From NCBI RefSeq assembly GCF_001194135.2, contig NC_068983.1:31817858-31881857 (forward strand): a stretch of 64,000 bases of DNA. The letters are read 5' to 3'. This document shows positions 23,811-37,100 of this stretch, one piece after another. Below the pieces are notes generated by a model. The model saw only the letters and a program-made list of their open reading frames with translations. It had not been told where the DNA came from and searched no databases. This DNA comes from Octopus bimaculoides (lineage: Eukaryota). Within the stretch, counting starts at the first letter, position 1; every line of letters begins with the position of its first letter. Both the position numbers and the translations under genes were made by a program.

Positions 23811-24399
23811 ATGGTGGTATATGGCGGTGATCTGTTCTTGTTCTAATGTTAATATATATGTTTCTGAGTATTTATAAAAAATCTGAAGCCTAGTGTCAAT
23901 TTAAGAAATCAATGTTTATCTATAGAATATACAGATAAACATTGATTTCATCTTTATTTTGTGATGGAAATATCTTCAGTTTTGTAACTACAGCTGGAAA
24001 TTACTGGTACAAGGAATCAGTAATGAAAATGACTTAACTAGAAACTGGCCTGACATCTTAGGCTTAGCTTTCCAGGAACTTAACTCCACTCTACAATGCT
24101 TCATCTTCAAAGGTCTCACCCCCACTCTGTTCAACACCACCACATTGATCCTTGAGTGTCTTTAGCAGGATTCTTCCTGTTGTGAGCCTTCAAACCAGAC
24201 TAATTTGTTCTCTCCCCACTCAAATTTTTCCTACAGATATATAGCCCAGCCAAAGATCAGGCAATGCATCAATCTCACCAGTCTATGAAGACTTGTAATG
24301 GTTATGGACACTGTCCCTACCTACACTGACTACTTTATATAAAAAAAAGTAAAAAGCCTATACAGTATTATAACATTTGAAATAAATGTAAGCACTTAC

Positions 24400-24483
24400 A
24401 TCATTGCTTTCTATTGTTGGAAGAACCTTTCTGGATATACGATTGGATTTTGCCCTGTTCCGAGGTGCTGGTGGTCTCCGGAA
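24400..24483 (-). CDS. Gene B exon, phase 0 to 0
   Basis: ttttttctttccag acceptor, GAT|gtaagt donor, 84 nt. Only open frame is FRRPPAPRNRAKSNRISRKVLPTIESND. Phase links to neighbours need further small exons that I could not fix. Confidence 0.7.
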
Positions 24484-24603
24484 CTGGAAAGAAAAAATTT
24501 TAATTCGCATGTTTTCTGATCTTCAAAATCCCAGTAGGGAATAACTCACTGTAACAGGAGGTCTTGTTTTCTACCTCACTCAGGTTAAAGAAAATGATTT
24601 TCC

Positions 24604-24642
<39 letters not shown>

Positions 24643-26338
24643 TGTTCATATAAGAGGCTTTGTGTGTCTCAAGAATCTATGGGCCTTCACCTGGAATGTT
24701 CCTCTTCAATGTGCAAGACCTGGACAAGCATTTTCACCAGTGTCAGCATAGGCAATGCTTTTAGCTATCATAGAATGTAAAGTGTCAGAATAGATACCTC
24801 TATTCATCCCATCCAACACTATAACAATTCTGTTGATCTGCTACCCTTGACTGCTGTTTGATTCATCCACCTCAAAAGGATGAAAGGCATAGTTGACCTC
24901 AGTAGGATTTGAAATCAGAACAAATATCACATGGCATTCTATCTGATGCTCTAATGACTGCCAATTTTTTTGCCTAATATGTACAGTTGTATACGTGTAT
25001 TTGTATAAATGTACATAATGTATATAAGTACCAAGAACTATGCATACATCCATGGGCATATATACATATAACAATGCTAACACAAACAAATGATGATGAT
25101 GATGATGATGATGATAATAATAGCACAATAAACAAGAACCCCAATCTGAGATTAAAAAGTTAGACAACAAGCCATCGATGGGGCTCAAACTAAATATCTA
25201 TAACTTGCCAGCATTTTTCCTTATTTTATTACAATAGCAGGCTTGCTCTTTTTCTGTCTTTGAATTAGTGTCTATATTAAAATCTTAATTGTTGATTTAA
25301 TGTGTGTGAAAGCGAGAGAAAGTATATGTAAATATGGCTTGTAGAGTGAAAGGTAAGCTATTAGGGAGTCAAGCTCTTAAGCCATTTCCCTTTATTCCTG
25401 ATTAATGCTAACTCACTTTGTTAACATCTCTAATGATGTTGCAAAAGGCACTTAGACATCATCCTCTCACCTCTACTCTGCAAATATGATATGCTTAAGA
25501 AATTGTATACAAATTCAGTGAAGATGTGTGTATATGCATTGCTCGCGTGGATATGTATGTTCATGTGTTTTACATAAATGTGCATCTGTTATATCTATTA
25601 CATATATTAACTATTCTTTCTTGTTCGTAACCAAAAATGCGTATATGCGTGTGCATGTGCATCACCCACATACACATAGCTGTCAATATATAGACATATA
25701 TTTGCATATGTATTTCATTGGATAGTCTGGATTATAGATGGGCTTTAATAGTTTTTTCTCCTTGAAGCAATCCTATGTAGTGCTTCTGCATGTATATGCT
25801 TGCTTCACATATTTAAATGTTTGTGTATGTATATGTTTGCATATATGTGAGCATGCATGTCTTTATCAGTAGTAAATAAATTGCCACACCTCCCTTATCA
25901 GACCAGTTATAGTGAATCAATATATAGAACATTGTTTCAGATGCAGTCAATAACTTGTGAAAAATGTATCAGTGAACATGATGAAAAAAAAATCTTTCTA
26001 ATATTATCATCATCACATGAGATGGGTCTTTTGCTGACATGGACTGGATGGATTGCTGTACAATACAACATCTCTCCATACTGAACCAGCTTCTTTGAGG
26101 TTGATTATTTTCATGTTTGATCTAATTAAATATTTTTGATACTTCTTTATCTACCTCTAATATAGATGCCTTATATTAGATGTCTCTGAGTTACATATTT
26201 CCTTTTAACTCATTTGATACTAACCCTCTGAGACTACCTCTTGTAATTTGATATAAAGCCTCTTGTTTTAAAGCATTCACATTGAAATTAAAACCTTCCA
26301 ACATAATTTTTATGAAAGAACATAACATAAGCTTATAC

Positions 26339-26521
26339 CAATAAATGAAATTGCTAATAATGTTACTAAATCCCTCCAAAGTTTTGATGTATTTCATTGG
26401 CAGTATGGTCACAACTTTGTGATTCAAGTTCACACTTTTAAGATTTAAACAGTTAGAGTTCTCAGTGGATTCTGCAATAAGAATCACATCCTTGTAATAA
26501 GAATTTCCAAGATCTTGGAGC
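26339..26521 (-). CDS. Gene B exon (donor uncertain: 26339 or 26195), starts phase 2
   Basis: ttgttctgctcatag acceptor, in frame with the phase-2 end of 27445-27530. LQDLGNSYYKDVILIAESTENSNCLNLKSVNLNHKVVTILPMKYIKTLEGFSNIISNFIY; inside ORF 26191-26541. Confidence 0.65.
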
Positions 26522-27444
26522 CTATGAGCAGAACAAAACAAAGCACAAAACTGCTAATTTTAAGTGGAAAAAGAAAGAATTACCGATTTTAAAATTTCTG
26601 ATTCCCTCTGTATTAATCCAAAGTCATCTTCAATACTCTCGTTTTTATTTTTGCTGAAATGCAAGAAATGCTCTCATCAGTTTTCTATAAACTCTAGAAC
26701 TGTGAATCCAATATGAATCTTTTATTTTTTTTTATTTTTTTTTTTTTTACATAGCTGCATCATAATAAAGCATATTTATGCCTAAAATGGGCTTAAATTT
26801 ATTATCTTTACATATAGTGTTAAAATGAAATTTTAAAAATTGTAATAGTTTATATTTAATCAGAAAATATAATTCTCCATGAGTTGTGGGGTTCTGTTAA
26901 AGACAGTATTATGTTTCTATTTGTTTCTAGTACACAGTATGCATAAATCATGTTTAGATGCCTCTAGCTTACTAATTTATAATTATATCTCGCTAAGTCA
27001 CAAGGAAATGATCCAGCCAACCAAAATATCACCAACTATTGCTAACATTACAGTGTGTTTCTGACCCCCAAAAATGGTTCAGTATATCTGTGCATATTAG
27101 GCACCATGCAGAAATACAGTTCATCATTGTAGATCGTATTTAGTTGTTTTTTAAATGTCTTAAAAGCTGAGAAAATATAAAAACTGTTTCTAACAAATGC
27201 ATGTGTCCAGAAATCATAAGTGGGGGATATAGAGAATTAAATGGAACTACAGGCTTTACTAGGTTGTTTTGTGGGGCTTTTTGTAATCCAAAACAAGAAA
27301 GATAAATGGCAAAATCAATTTGACTGGATTTAAACTCAGAAAATATAAAAAGACGTAAATAAATAATAAAACACCACATGGTATTTAATCTTTTGTTCTA
27401 CCAAAGCAAGTGCACAGAAAAAGTAGAAAACGTGAGGTACTTAC

Positions 27445-27530
27445 TCTACACTATGGTTTATAGAACCTTTCCCTCCTTTCTGCTTCTGATCCTTGTCTGA
27501 AGGATCGCCATGTTTTCGTAAAACTTGACC
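27445..27530 (-). CDS. Gene B exon, phase 0 to 2
   Basis: gctttgtttcag acceptor, GA|gtaagt donor, 86 nt, GQVLRKHGDPSDKDQKQKGGKGSINHSV(E). Confidence 0.85.
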
Positions 27531-30500
27531 CTGAAACAAAGCTTTGTGTTTATTGCATTCCATATAAATAATTATTAAAACTAAAAGTTAACACATTGTA
27601 GATTTATTATTAAAACAATTACATGGTGTACTAGGTAGCACATAATGATGTTGGTTGTTTAGTCTTAGGCTTGCCCTGAAGAAACCAATCTGTGATCTAA
27701 GTTGTGACTATCCCGCATTTTTTCCATGTTACATTATCCAAGGTTTTTTTGTTTTTTTGTTTTTTTTTCTTAATTTGTATAGTTAAAAAATATAGTGAAC
27801 TGATGGAAATAACTCAAATGAGCCAATGAGATGAATTTGGGTAAATAAGGAAGTGATATATTAATCATCAGTGTTCCATTTAATGTCCATTATTTTGAGC
27901 TTACAAAGGTTGGACAGAATTTGTTGAAGCAGATTTTCTACACCCAGATGTCTTCTTGTCACCAACTCTTACCTGTTTGCAAGTAAGATAATATTCCCTT
28001 TGACTAGACGTGTTTTCAAGGAAGATTGGAAGCAAAGGACACTGCATGATAATGGCATTCATTTACGGCTATCACATGAAGTCAAAGCAAGGAGACAGTA
28101 ACACATACAAACTGAAAGAAGCTTGTTGTGTGTGTAAATGCTCATCGTTCGTTCGTCATTTAACATCCGCTTTCCATGCTAGCATGGGTTGGACGATTTG
28201 ACTGAGGACTGGTTAAGCCGGATGGCAACACCAGGCTCCAATCTGATTTGGCAGAGTTTCTACAGCTGGATGCCCTTCCTAATGCCAACCACTCCGAGAG
28301 TGTAGTGGGTGCTTTTACATGCCACCGGCACGAAGGCCAGTCAGGCGGTACTGGCAACGGCCATGCTCAAAATGGTGTATTTTATGTGCTACCCACACAA
28401 GAGCCAGTCCAGGGGCACTGGCAACGATCTCGCTCGAAAGTCCTTACAAATGCTGGACACCAAAAATTTGTAAATGTAACTCCCTTCTTAGCCGACAATA
28501 AGTTTTAGTAGTGGTAATAGTAGTAGTGGTGGTGGTGGTGGTGGTGGTGTTGTTGTTGTTGTTGCTGTTGCTGTTGTTGTTGTTTTGGCTTTACAATGAG
28601 AATAAAGCTGTTCCAGCCATTAGATAATGCTGCCAACAGTTGTGAACTGTGAAAGGTTTACCTTGTTAATGACATTGAACAGTGAGGGTAGTTAGATGTA
28701 CTAGAAATTGTAACACATTTACCAGCAGCTACCGAATATGAAAGACTTAACTCATGGTCAACTGCCACTTGCTTTACAATTAGAACGATTATACTTAATT
28801 GCTCTAATTAGCTAATTCTGTCAGAAGTTGTGAACTTTTTAAAGGATTAATTTACTGAAAACAGGTAGTTAATATCTACAGAGTAGCCATTACACAGTGT
28901 TACCTACAAAATTGATAAATTGTCACAAGAAAGTCACTTGACCTATGAGAAATAGCAACCAAATCTCTTATATTACTCATTTCCTTCCTTTTACCTTTAC
29001 CTCCTAATAAAAAGAAATGACACATGGTATAATTATATATTCCTAGACATGATAGCATCAGGAATCCAATGCAACTGGCAATGGCTGCAATCCACAACCC
29101 AGTGAGAACACTTATCTACCTCACTCTAAGACAAAGAACAAAGAACTAAATCATTATACTTTTTACTCCTCACAGCAACTAAACTTACTGAATTTTTCTA
29201 GGAACTTTTCTATAGTCCTAGATTATATTAGCTGGGGGTGGGAGAGAACAATGGTTGTGGCTGAATACATTTGGTCTAGAGATAAACATTAACACATGGA
29301 CAAATAATTTATTGTTACAATTAACACATACACAACACTGCTAGCAGTTTCTGTCTTGATAGAGTTAACTCATTAAACACTGGATAAAGTCTGGTTAGCA
29401 AAGCTAATTAGTGGTAACTAAGATGGGCCCTTCTTAATGACAAGCAACTGAGACCTTTGGAAATATGCTGTAATTGAGAAGACCCGGCAAATCAAGTGAG
29501 ATCGTAGCTGTGGCCGATGCCAGTGTCGCATAACCAGTCCATTTAAAAGCACCCTTCAATCATCAAGCAATATGCTGTGCTTGAGAAGACCTGTTGAGTC
29601 AAGTGAAATCGTAGTCATGGCAGATGCCAGTGCCGCCTCACTGGCTCCGATGACAGTGTTGCCTGACTGACCCTTGTGCTGGTGGCATGTAAAAAGCACC
29701 CACTACACTCTTAAAGTGGTTGGCGTTAGGAAAGGCATCCAGCTGTAGAAACCTTGCTAGATCAGATTGGAGTCTGGTGCAGCCTCCTGGGTGGCCAGTC
29801 CTCAGTCAAACCATCAAACCCATGCCAGCATGGAAAGCAGACATTAAAAGATGATGATTATTTCAGTTTATTCTCACACAAAGAACTGATTACACTAAAT
29901 TAAATGATATACAGTTATTGTTTCTAACATAAACACAAGCCAGAAATTTGGGTATTAGTCAATTATATCACCTGCAGTACTTGACTGAAAGGTAAAGTTG
30001 GCCTTAGAAGAATTTGAGCTCAAAACATAAAGAGCCATAACAAAATACAAAGCATTTTGTCTGATGCTGTAATAATTCTGCCAATCCACCACTTGTTTGT
30101 AAGTCATGCAAAATAATACATGAAGAGAATTATTGGAACTGTTAGAGGGTTAGACAAAATCCTTTGCTGTATTTGTACCAACTCTGGGACAACTTTGTTG
30201 TTGTGCAAACGAGAGACTCGTTAACAACTACTGGTGCTGGCCTCCCTTGTAAATCTGTGTCCAGGTGCTGATACTTGATCAACCAATATGGTTCTATGAC
30301 CTCAGTTGAACTGCAGAGGAAGGAGAGATTTTACAATTGTGTAGATATCTGGGCACAATACCAACAGCCGATAAACTAGGTTGCCTCAGACAAGTTTAAT
30401 GCAAGGGTGGTGAAGAATTTTCAAACATAGGACCAATCAAGTCATTATGGTAAAAGATATCTTATTCCCAATTTATGCACTTTCTACTCAAAATATGAAC

Positions 30501-30781
30501 CATGTGAAACATTTTATTCCAGCTCTCAAAAGTGGTTTCATTGCTAATGTCATCCACAGTTGAAATAATGACCTTTAAATTGTATGGTTGTGAGTTCACT
30601 GATTCACTAAGAATGTATTGACATGTACCACATGAACTTTGCTTGTGAGATCAAAGCGCAATGTGAACTTGTTGCAATAAATATAGATTGGAAATTTTTG
30701 CTAACACTACAGCAGTCAATACACACTGGGAGCAGCTGCTACCTCAATTGATTTCCGTAATCATAGACATGCTAACTGGCT

Positions 30782-30980
30782 TTGCTATGTATTTTGTCCA
30801 TTTAGAACAATTTGAAGGTACTTTCATTTTTCAGATAGCAGCTGTTATGTCTTTATAGTCATCATCATCATGAACAACAGACATTAAATGATGATGATGA
30901 TGAATATAAAGATACAATACCTGCTATCTAAAAGATGAAAGTACCTTCAAATTGTTGTAAATGGACACAATATACAGCAA
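30782..30980. repeat. Long imperfect inverted repeat (about 90-bp arms, about 16-nt spacer)
   Basis: 30782-30871 is roughly 85-90% identical to the reverse complement of 30888-30980, including a block acaatttgaaggtactttcat that is identical in both arms. Confidence 0.9.
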
Positions 30981-31200
30981 GCTTCAAGCTGATTCTTAGA
31001 TGCTATGACCATGTTAAAAGACCAGTGGTAGGAGCTGAATGCAGATGAAATTCAGGTCTTTGCTGTTACCAACAACATAAAGGACTTGTATGCCAATCTG
31101 AGAGAGGTTTACAGTCCTCAGAACAGTCATAATGCATCAATGAAGTGTAAGGATAGCTCACACCTCTACACCAAGAAAAACCAAATTGGCATATGGTACT
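30981..31200 (+). mobile_element. RTE-BovB-like LINE fragment (linker between endonuclease and RT)
   Basis: LKDQW*ELNADEIQVFAVTNNIKDLYANLREVYSPQ...KDSSHLYTKKNQI resembles WW..KADEIQ.YAD..D.K.FY..LK.VYGPQ...DGSTLLTDK.QI. Confidence 0.7.
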
Positions 31201-32176
31201 TAGTAAGTCATAGATTGATGAAAAACAAAACATAAAGCTGTCAGTAAATGCAAAGTGTACTGAATCATAGTGTTATCTAGTCAAAGCCATAGAAAATCAG
31301 CCTCTGCAAATTCTGGCCCATGCAAGCATGGAAAAGTGAACATTATAACGATGATAGTACATATTCTTCACTGCAAACATCACAGCACTGATATTAGAAT
31401 ACAATTCATATGTAACCAACAATGTTATTGTTCACAAATTATGTTATATAATAAATACTGTGCAATGAGGCCCAAACAATGTTTAGAGATGCTAGTGTTG
31501 CTATTTTCTGGATCATGCTTTGCCTATTCTTATAGATAATCTGTCAATATTTTTATAGAGCCATTATCATTCCAGTTGTACCATTTGCAAAATTAGATGA
31601 ATAATGAACACATTCTTTAACTACCATAATTATTTTCATTCAACAAATTGGTGTAAATTCCTTAGCTTTTCACAACTTCATATTCAGTTGGTATCAAATA
31701 CTCTGACTCCTCTCAGAAATATTACTGGCTTTGTGCTTAAACCAGAAACCATTATTATTATTATTATTATTAGTTTATGGTATCAGACCACTGGGATGGG
31801 ACCCTGTTTGTAGTAACTAACTCTGCTTGCTCCACTTCGCCTGTTTGGACAAAACAAAAAACAGTCTGTACTTCTACTTCACAGTTCGATGTATAGCGGT
31901 AGGAAGGGCATCTGTCTTTAAAACCCGCAGTATTTCATGCAGGTGTAGAAAAATAAATGTAAAGATGCTGGTCGAGGGTAGGTTATAGAAAATGATTTAC
32001 ATTTGAATTAACACATGCAATTAAAGCATACACCCAAAGTTTACACATAAAAATACATACCACTACATACTGCTCTTAGACTCACATAAACACCACTTTG
32101 TAAAAGGCAGAGTTTGTTTTGTCATTTCCATATAGTCAGTTCTCATTTAAACAAACCAATTCAAATCACAACTTAC

Positions 32177-32354
32177 CATTATGAGTGTATCACTAGGGAG
32201 TTCTTCTTTGTAACTTTCAGAATACCTGAAGCATGGTTTCTTCACCGCAACTTCTACAGTGTTGTTAGCAATTAGTTTTGGTGGTTGGCTCTCAAATGCT
32301 CTGATTTTATCCTTTATTGAAAGAAGTTCTTCTTGCTCAGGTTCCTGAAGTTTT
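32177..32354 (-). CDS. Gene B exon, phase 2 to 0
   Basis: acttctttttgatag acceptor, ATG|gtaagt donor, 178 nt. KLQEPEQEELLSIKDKIRAFESQPPKLIANNTVEVAVKKPCFRYSESYKEELPSDTLIM. Joins 27445-27530 in frame. Confidence 0.85.
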
Positions 32355-33269
32355 CTATCAAAAAGAAGTTAAATGAACAAATAACTAAAATAAAGATAAA
32401 CAAAAATGTTGAAAAGGGAAAATTTTATTATTAGGTGTGTGTGTGTGTGTGTGCATATATACATGCATACATACAGACAGATTGTGTGACCAATTGAGAA
32501 TGTTAAACTTGGAGATATGGCTCAAGCAGCTTCAGTTTTTAATAAACGAGAGGGAGTAGGATCAAACTTAGGTTAGATAGATAGATAGATATATATAAAT
32601 GTACATATGATATATTTGGGCGCAAGCATGGCTGTATGGTTAAAAAGTTAACTTTACAACCACATATATGATCTGGGGATTCAATTCCACTGCACAGGAA
32701 ATTGGTAGACAGAGACTGTAGAAAGTCTGTCCTGCATTTGTCATGAATGTTTATATTCCACACTTAACCTGTTTGAGCAAAGCACCATTAATGTTAACAT
32801 CCTTTATTGACTTTATGACTAGTTGCTCAGCACTTTTGAAAACCTTTGGAATAAGGCAACAGGAAGAGCACCCTGACCCAAATAATTCTCCATCCAAATC
32901 TATGCTAGCATGGAAAAAGAATCATTAAACAAATGAATGTGTGTGTGTGTGTGTGTGTGTGTGTGATGTTCTATCCATATCACAACTGTATTCTAGTTTT
33001 ATTATCAAGTTTTGTTTTGTTTTGTTTTTTTTTCATATATTCATGAGTTCATTACTGTTTGCATGAAAAAGTACAGTTCCTCAATCTACTATCAGTGTTT
33101 CTGGGTTTTCATAGCCTCATAGTCAGTGGAGTATGATTTTCCCACTTGTTGCTGCCTGTTTTTACTGGGCAGAGCCACTATGATTGGTGTATAGATATAA
33201 CTGGTGAAATTTGAATCCTGACTCTTAGATTTATACATCATCTGTCAAATTTGTATTATATATTATATG

Positions 33270-33307
<38 letters not shown>

Positions 33308-33789
33308 CATTCACATATAAATTCCATAGTTGTCATTTGTTATGGTTAGTTAGTCATTGGTAAAATCTAAGTCCCTAAGTAAACTTGATACAGGCAGTAT
33401 CAGCTGACAGAGAACATCTCTCTCACTCTCCCTCCCTCTCTCTCTCTCTCTCTCTTTCTCACACACACATTTCCTATTTTATTCCTTCATCTTCTTAGTC
33501 TGTCCTTTTCTGTCTCACATACTTTCTTACTCTTTCTCTCTCTTCTGCTCTCTCATAACTTTGCTTTCTCTGTTTCTCCCTATCAGGCATGAGTATATTA
33601 ATTCAGAGTTTGTTCCATAACTATGTGGTTTCAAGTTCTGTCTAACCACTAGGCATCTTGGGCAAGTGTCACAGGTCAACCAATGCCTTTTGAGTGGAAT
33701 TGATAGACAGAAACTGTATGGAAACCTATTTTCTCTCTCACTCTCCCTCTCCCTCTCTCTCCCTGCTGGCCCTCAACCAACTTAGCATG

Positions 33790-34100
33790 TTATGGACTAG
33801 TCTTTCTAAAACCTGCTGTTAAGGTTATCAAGTATCTTTTCTCTCTGGCTTCTTCCTTTCAGTTTCCTGGTTGTCACCAAGTGTTCAAGGGTTTTTTTCT
33901 TTACATATGGTGTCCAGTGAACTGAGCCTGTCTCTTTATGTTGTTGAGAAACTTTCTAGTGGGTTTTACTTGCCTAAAAACTTCAATGATTATCATCCTA
34001 CTTGCATAAGACAACTCCAGCATTCTTTTAAGGAACCTCTTCTCTACAGTATTTATAAAGTAGAGAGCTTTGATCATGAAATGCTTTATCAGTCCTTTCA
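33790..34100 (-). mobile_element. RTE LINE RT C-terminal remnant
   Basis: VEKRFLKRMLELSYASR...RKFLNNIKRQAQFTGHHM*RKK...GRSQREKILD resembles the RTE segment RRMLRISW...RQL.F.GHVMR...RGRQR. Confidence 0.7.
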
Positions 34101-37100
34101 GTTTTGTTCGTACTATTCATAATGATAATTCCAAATACATCAATCACCTCATGAGTGGACTAGATCTTCCATTTCTTGTTAGGCAAAAGAATCAGACGTA
34201 AACATATGTCTGTTTTGTAAATTGCAAATTATGCTATGATGTTTGAGTATCAGTTATGGCTATGATCACATTATTGGCAGCGCAGAAAAAAATTTAGTAT
34301 GAGTATAGAAATACTACTTTATGAAACATCATAATTATGCACTGGTTATAAAGTTACAATTGTAATTGTAAGTAAATTGATGAAATCAAAATATGATACT
34401 GTTACTATTTGTCACATATTTATTTCCTTTACTCTTCTTTTTATTTATTGTGCTTCATTAAGTTCTATCAACTCCTTTTTTTCCTTCCTCCACATTAGAT
34501 GTCACCATACTGCGGATTCAGACCTTGTATGTACATATAATAGACCTCACTTAACCCCAGGCTCTCGCCAGTGCATTTACTTCATAATATATCAAACTCC
34601 AAATATGTTGCATTGAGTGTTGCGAGGGGATACACATTCCCTATATTAAAACAGTTCCAGTACCTCCACACTCCTGTATACTTCTCTTTCCAGAGCAGTA
34701 TTATTCTTGCTGCAATATTTTTCTAAAGATGATTTTAATGATCAGACAAAGACAGGTTGAGACTAAAATGCTGCTATATTTAGCCCTCATCATACACAAA
34801 ATTTATCTACTTGACAACAGTTTACTTGAAATGAGAAATACAGTTCCAAAATGACTGCTTTTAGGAACAAAAACTAGAACCACTTCTCAACAATGGCACC
34901 TTTAACTGCTTTCTGAGATATAAACATTCCTAAAACAAATGAAGGAAAGAGGGCTAGGAAAGTCGGAGGAAGCAAAAATATTATTGAAACACTCCTTTGC
35001 TTTCTTCCTAAACTCCTGATATATGTGATCGTCTAAATTTTATCTCTGCATGAACACTTTGTCCTAATCTAAATCCTACACTCTACAAGTTGTATTTTCA
35101 TTGATACCATCATCATCACCATCATCATACCTACAGTTAACCATATTGTTTGAATATTGAAATGGTTATTCAAGCCATAGAAACCATGCCAAAATAGACA
35201 GAGCCTTCCAGCTTTCTAGCACTTGTCAAACCATCCAACTCATACCAGCATGGAAAGAGAACATTAAATGATGATGATGATGACAATGATGATGAAGCAG
35301 TTCTTTAATTTAAGCTTTCCCACAAACAAGGCCTAAATACACTTGAACATACCTAGCCAGAAAAGATGTCATTCAACCACATAATGCAATGAAAGCTGAG
35401 ATAATTTTCAATACATCATATTAGAATACAGGAATCTATGGTGAATATTATGATTAATTAGGTGTAATCAACAGTTGAGAAGTGCAAAAATTTCTCCATC
35501 CAATACTGTCACCAGTTCAAGCATTGATTCTTGGATCTCAGTCACTGCAAACCCAAGCTAAGTCAACTGCTTGACTCATTTCCTCTCTGCAGAAGAATGC
35601 CAACCTTTGGAACACATAGTGTGTTCTAGCCCCAAAAGGATATTCTTTTTCACTATGACTGCTACCAACTGTTGCCATTGTACAAGATAACAGAAAGTCA
35701 TAAACAGCCACTTTCTTTATCATCTTGTCTCATTACTTTCTCAGTTGGGCTTCCATAGAATCAAATCTACCATCTCTCTGTTTTCTACATCAGACATTAT
35801 TTCTATGCTGCTTCTGGGAATTTTATTCAAAGTAGTATTGTAGCATTTGACTGATTGACATAAAAATGTACTATATAATCTCCATTGATGAGCTCCATCT
35901 GTGTGTTGTCAACTAAATTGTAAGTTTCCAGTCAGACTACTCCACTATAATAGATATTGAAGAAGATTCAATTACATATCTCCCATACTCTTCCTCTTTG
36001 TTAATTCCAACAAAACACATACACTTCATTCCTCTATCTTTCTACATACAACTGAGCCATCTCACATTAGTTTTTCACTGTTTCCATGAAAATCCATCGT
36101 ACATATTTTCTAATAGCTGCAGCCAAAGAAACCGTCTTCCTACACTACATCCTTGCTATTTATGAGTAACATTCAGACTCACTACAACTGATCTCATGAC
36201 ATTGACACATTCATTGACATTGTTAAAACATATTTCATCCTGATTCATTTCCTGACCTTCTACGAAGTACAAGTGTAATACATTAAGTGTATTGTTCACA
36301 TTTTTGGTAGTGCTGATGCTACATGTGTAACAATCCAAAGTTACATCCATATAAGTCCATCAGATTAACAAAGATTTTCATCACACTACAAAATTAACCA
36401 CAAATATTCTGTGTCTTCTTTATTTTCTACTGCTGCTCCTCTGAAGTGGCAAGCCATGCACTACCGCCACACAAACCAACTTGATGACCCATCTGTCTTC
36501 TATTCATCTGCTTTACTTTGTTTTACCCACCAAATATTTTATCTAATTGCTTTGTAGCATGCTTACTCTCTTCACATTTTTCCCTATAGTAATCAACCTA
36601 TTGGAGTTCAAGATAAACATAAACCACATTTGCCTCACCTGTCTAGGAGAGCCCACAATGGTTATAACCAACACTCTTCTTTCTTCAGTTAAATAATTAA
36701 ACCAAACAGTTATCTAATGAAGCATTCAATCATTAAGCAGGTTTATATGGTCTTAATTGAAATTACCCTTTTCAGTATATATATATGTGTGTGTGTGTGT
36801 GGTGCCAAGATTACAAAAAATACAACAAAGAAGTAAACACTAAAAGCAGGATTGGAAATGGGGTGTGGGGAAGAAGGAAATGTCTTTTGAGTATTCACTC
36901 TTATTTGCAAAAGATAGAATAGACATGGAGAGGATAAAATGGAGAACAAAAATTGGAGAAATTGAAATGCACATGTAGCCAACTATCACAGCTTCGTGAA
37001 TGACCAGCAATAGTTGGGAGGTCACTTTAGGTGTGAATATCAGGGGAATGACTGTGGGCTCAATGTGTGTGTGTGTAAGGAATTACCAGCAAAGCAGAAA

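Noticed and set aside
30130-30560. Possible CR1/L2-type RT remnant
   Set aside because: Only vague motif resemblance; too decayed to support a call.
34570-34722. Candidate gene B exon (KNIAARIILLW... or KYCSKNNTALEREVYRSVE)
   Set aside because: The acceptor is plausible, but two frames compete and no convincing in-phase donor exists. Needs RNA data.
35500-36700. Possible decayed LINE or coding region (ORFs 35538-35723, 36156-36350)
   Set aside because: Isolated LYGC and ILWKP traces are not at consistent spacing; there are many stops.
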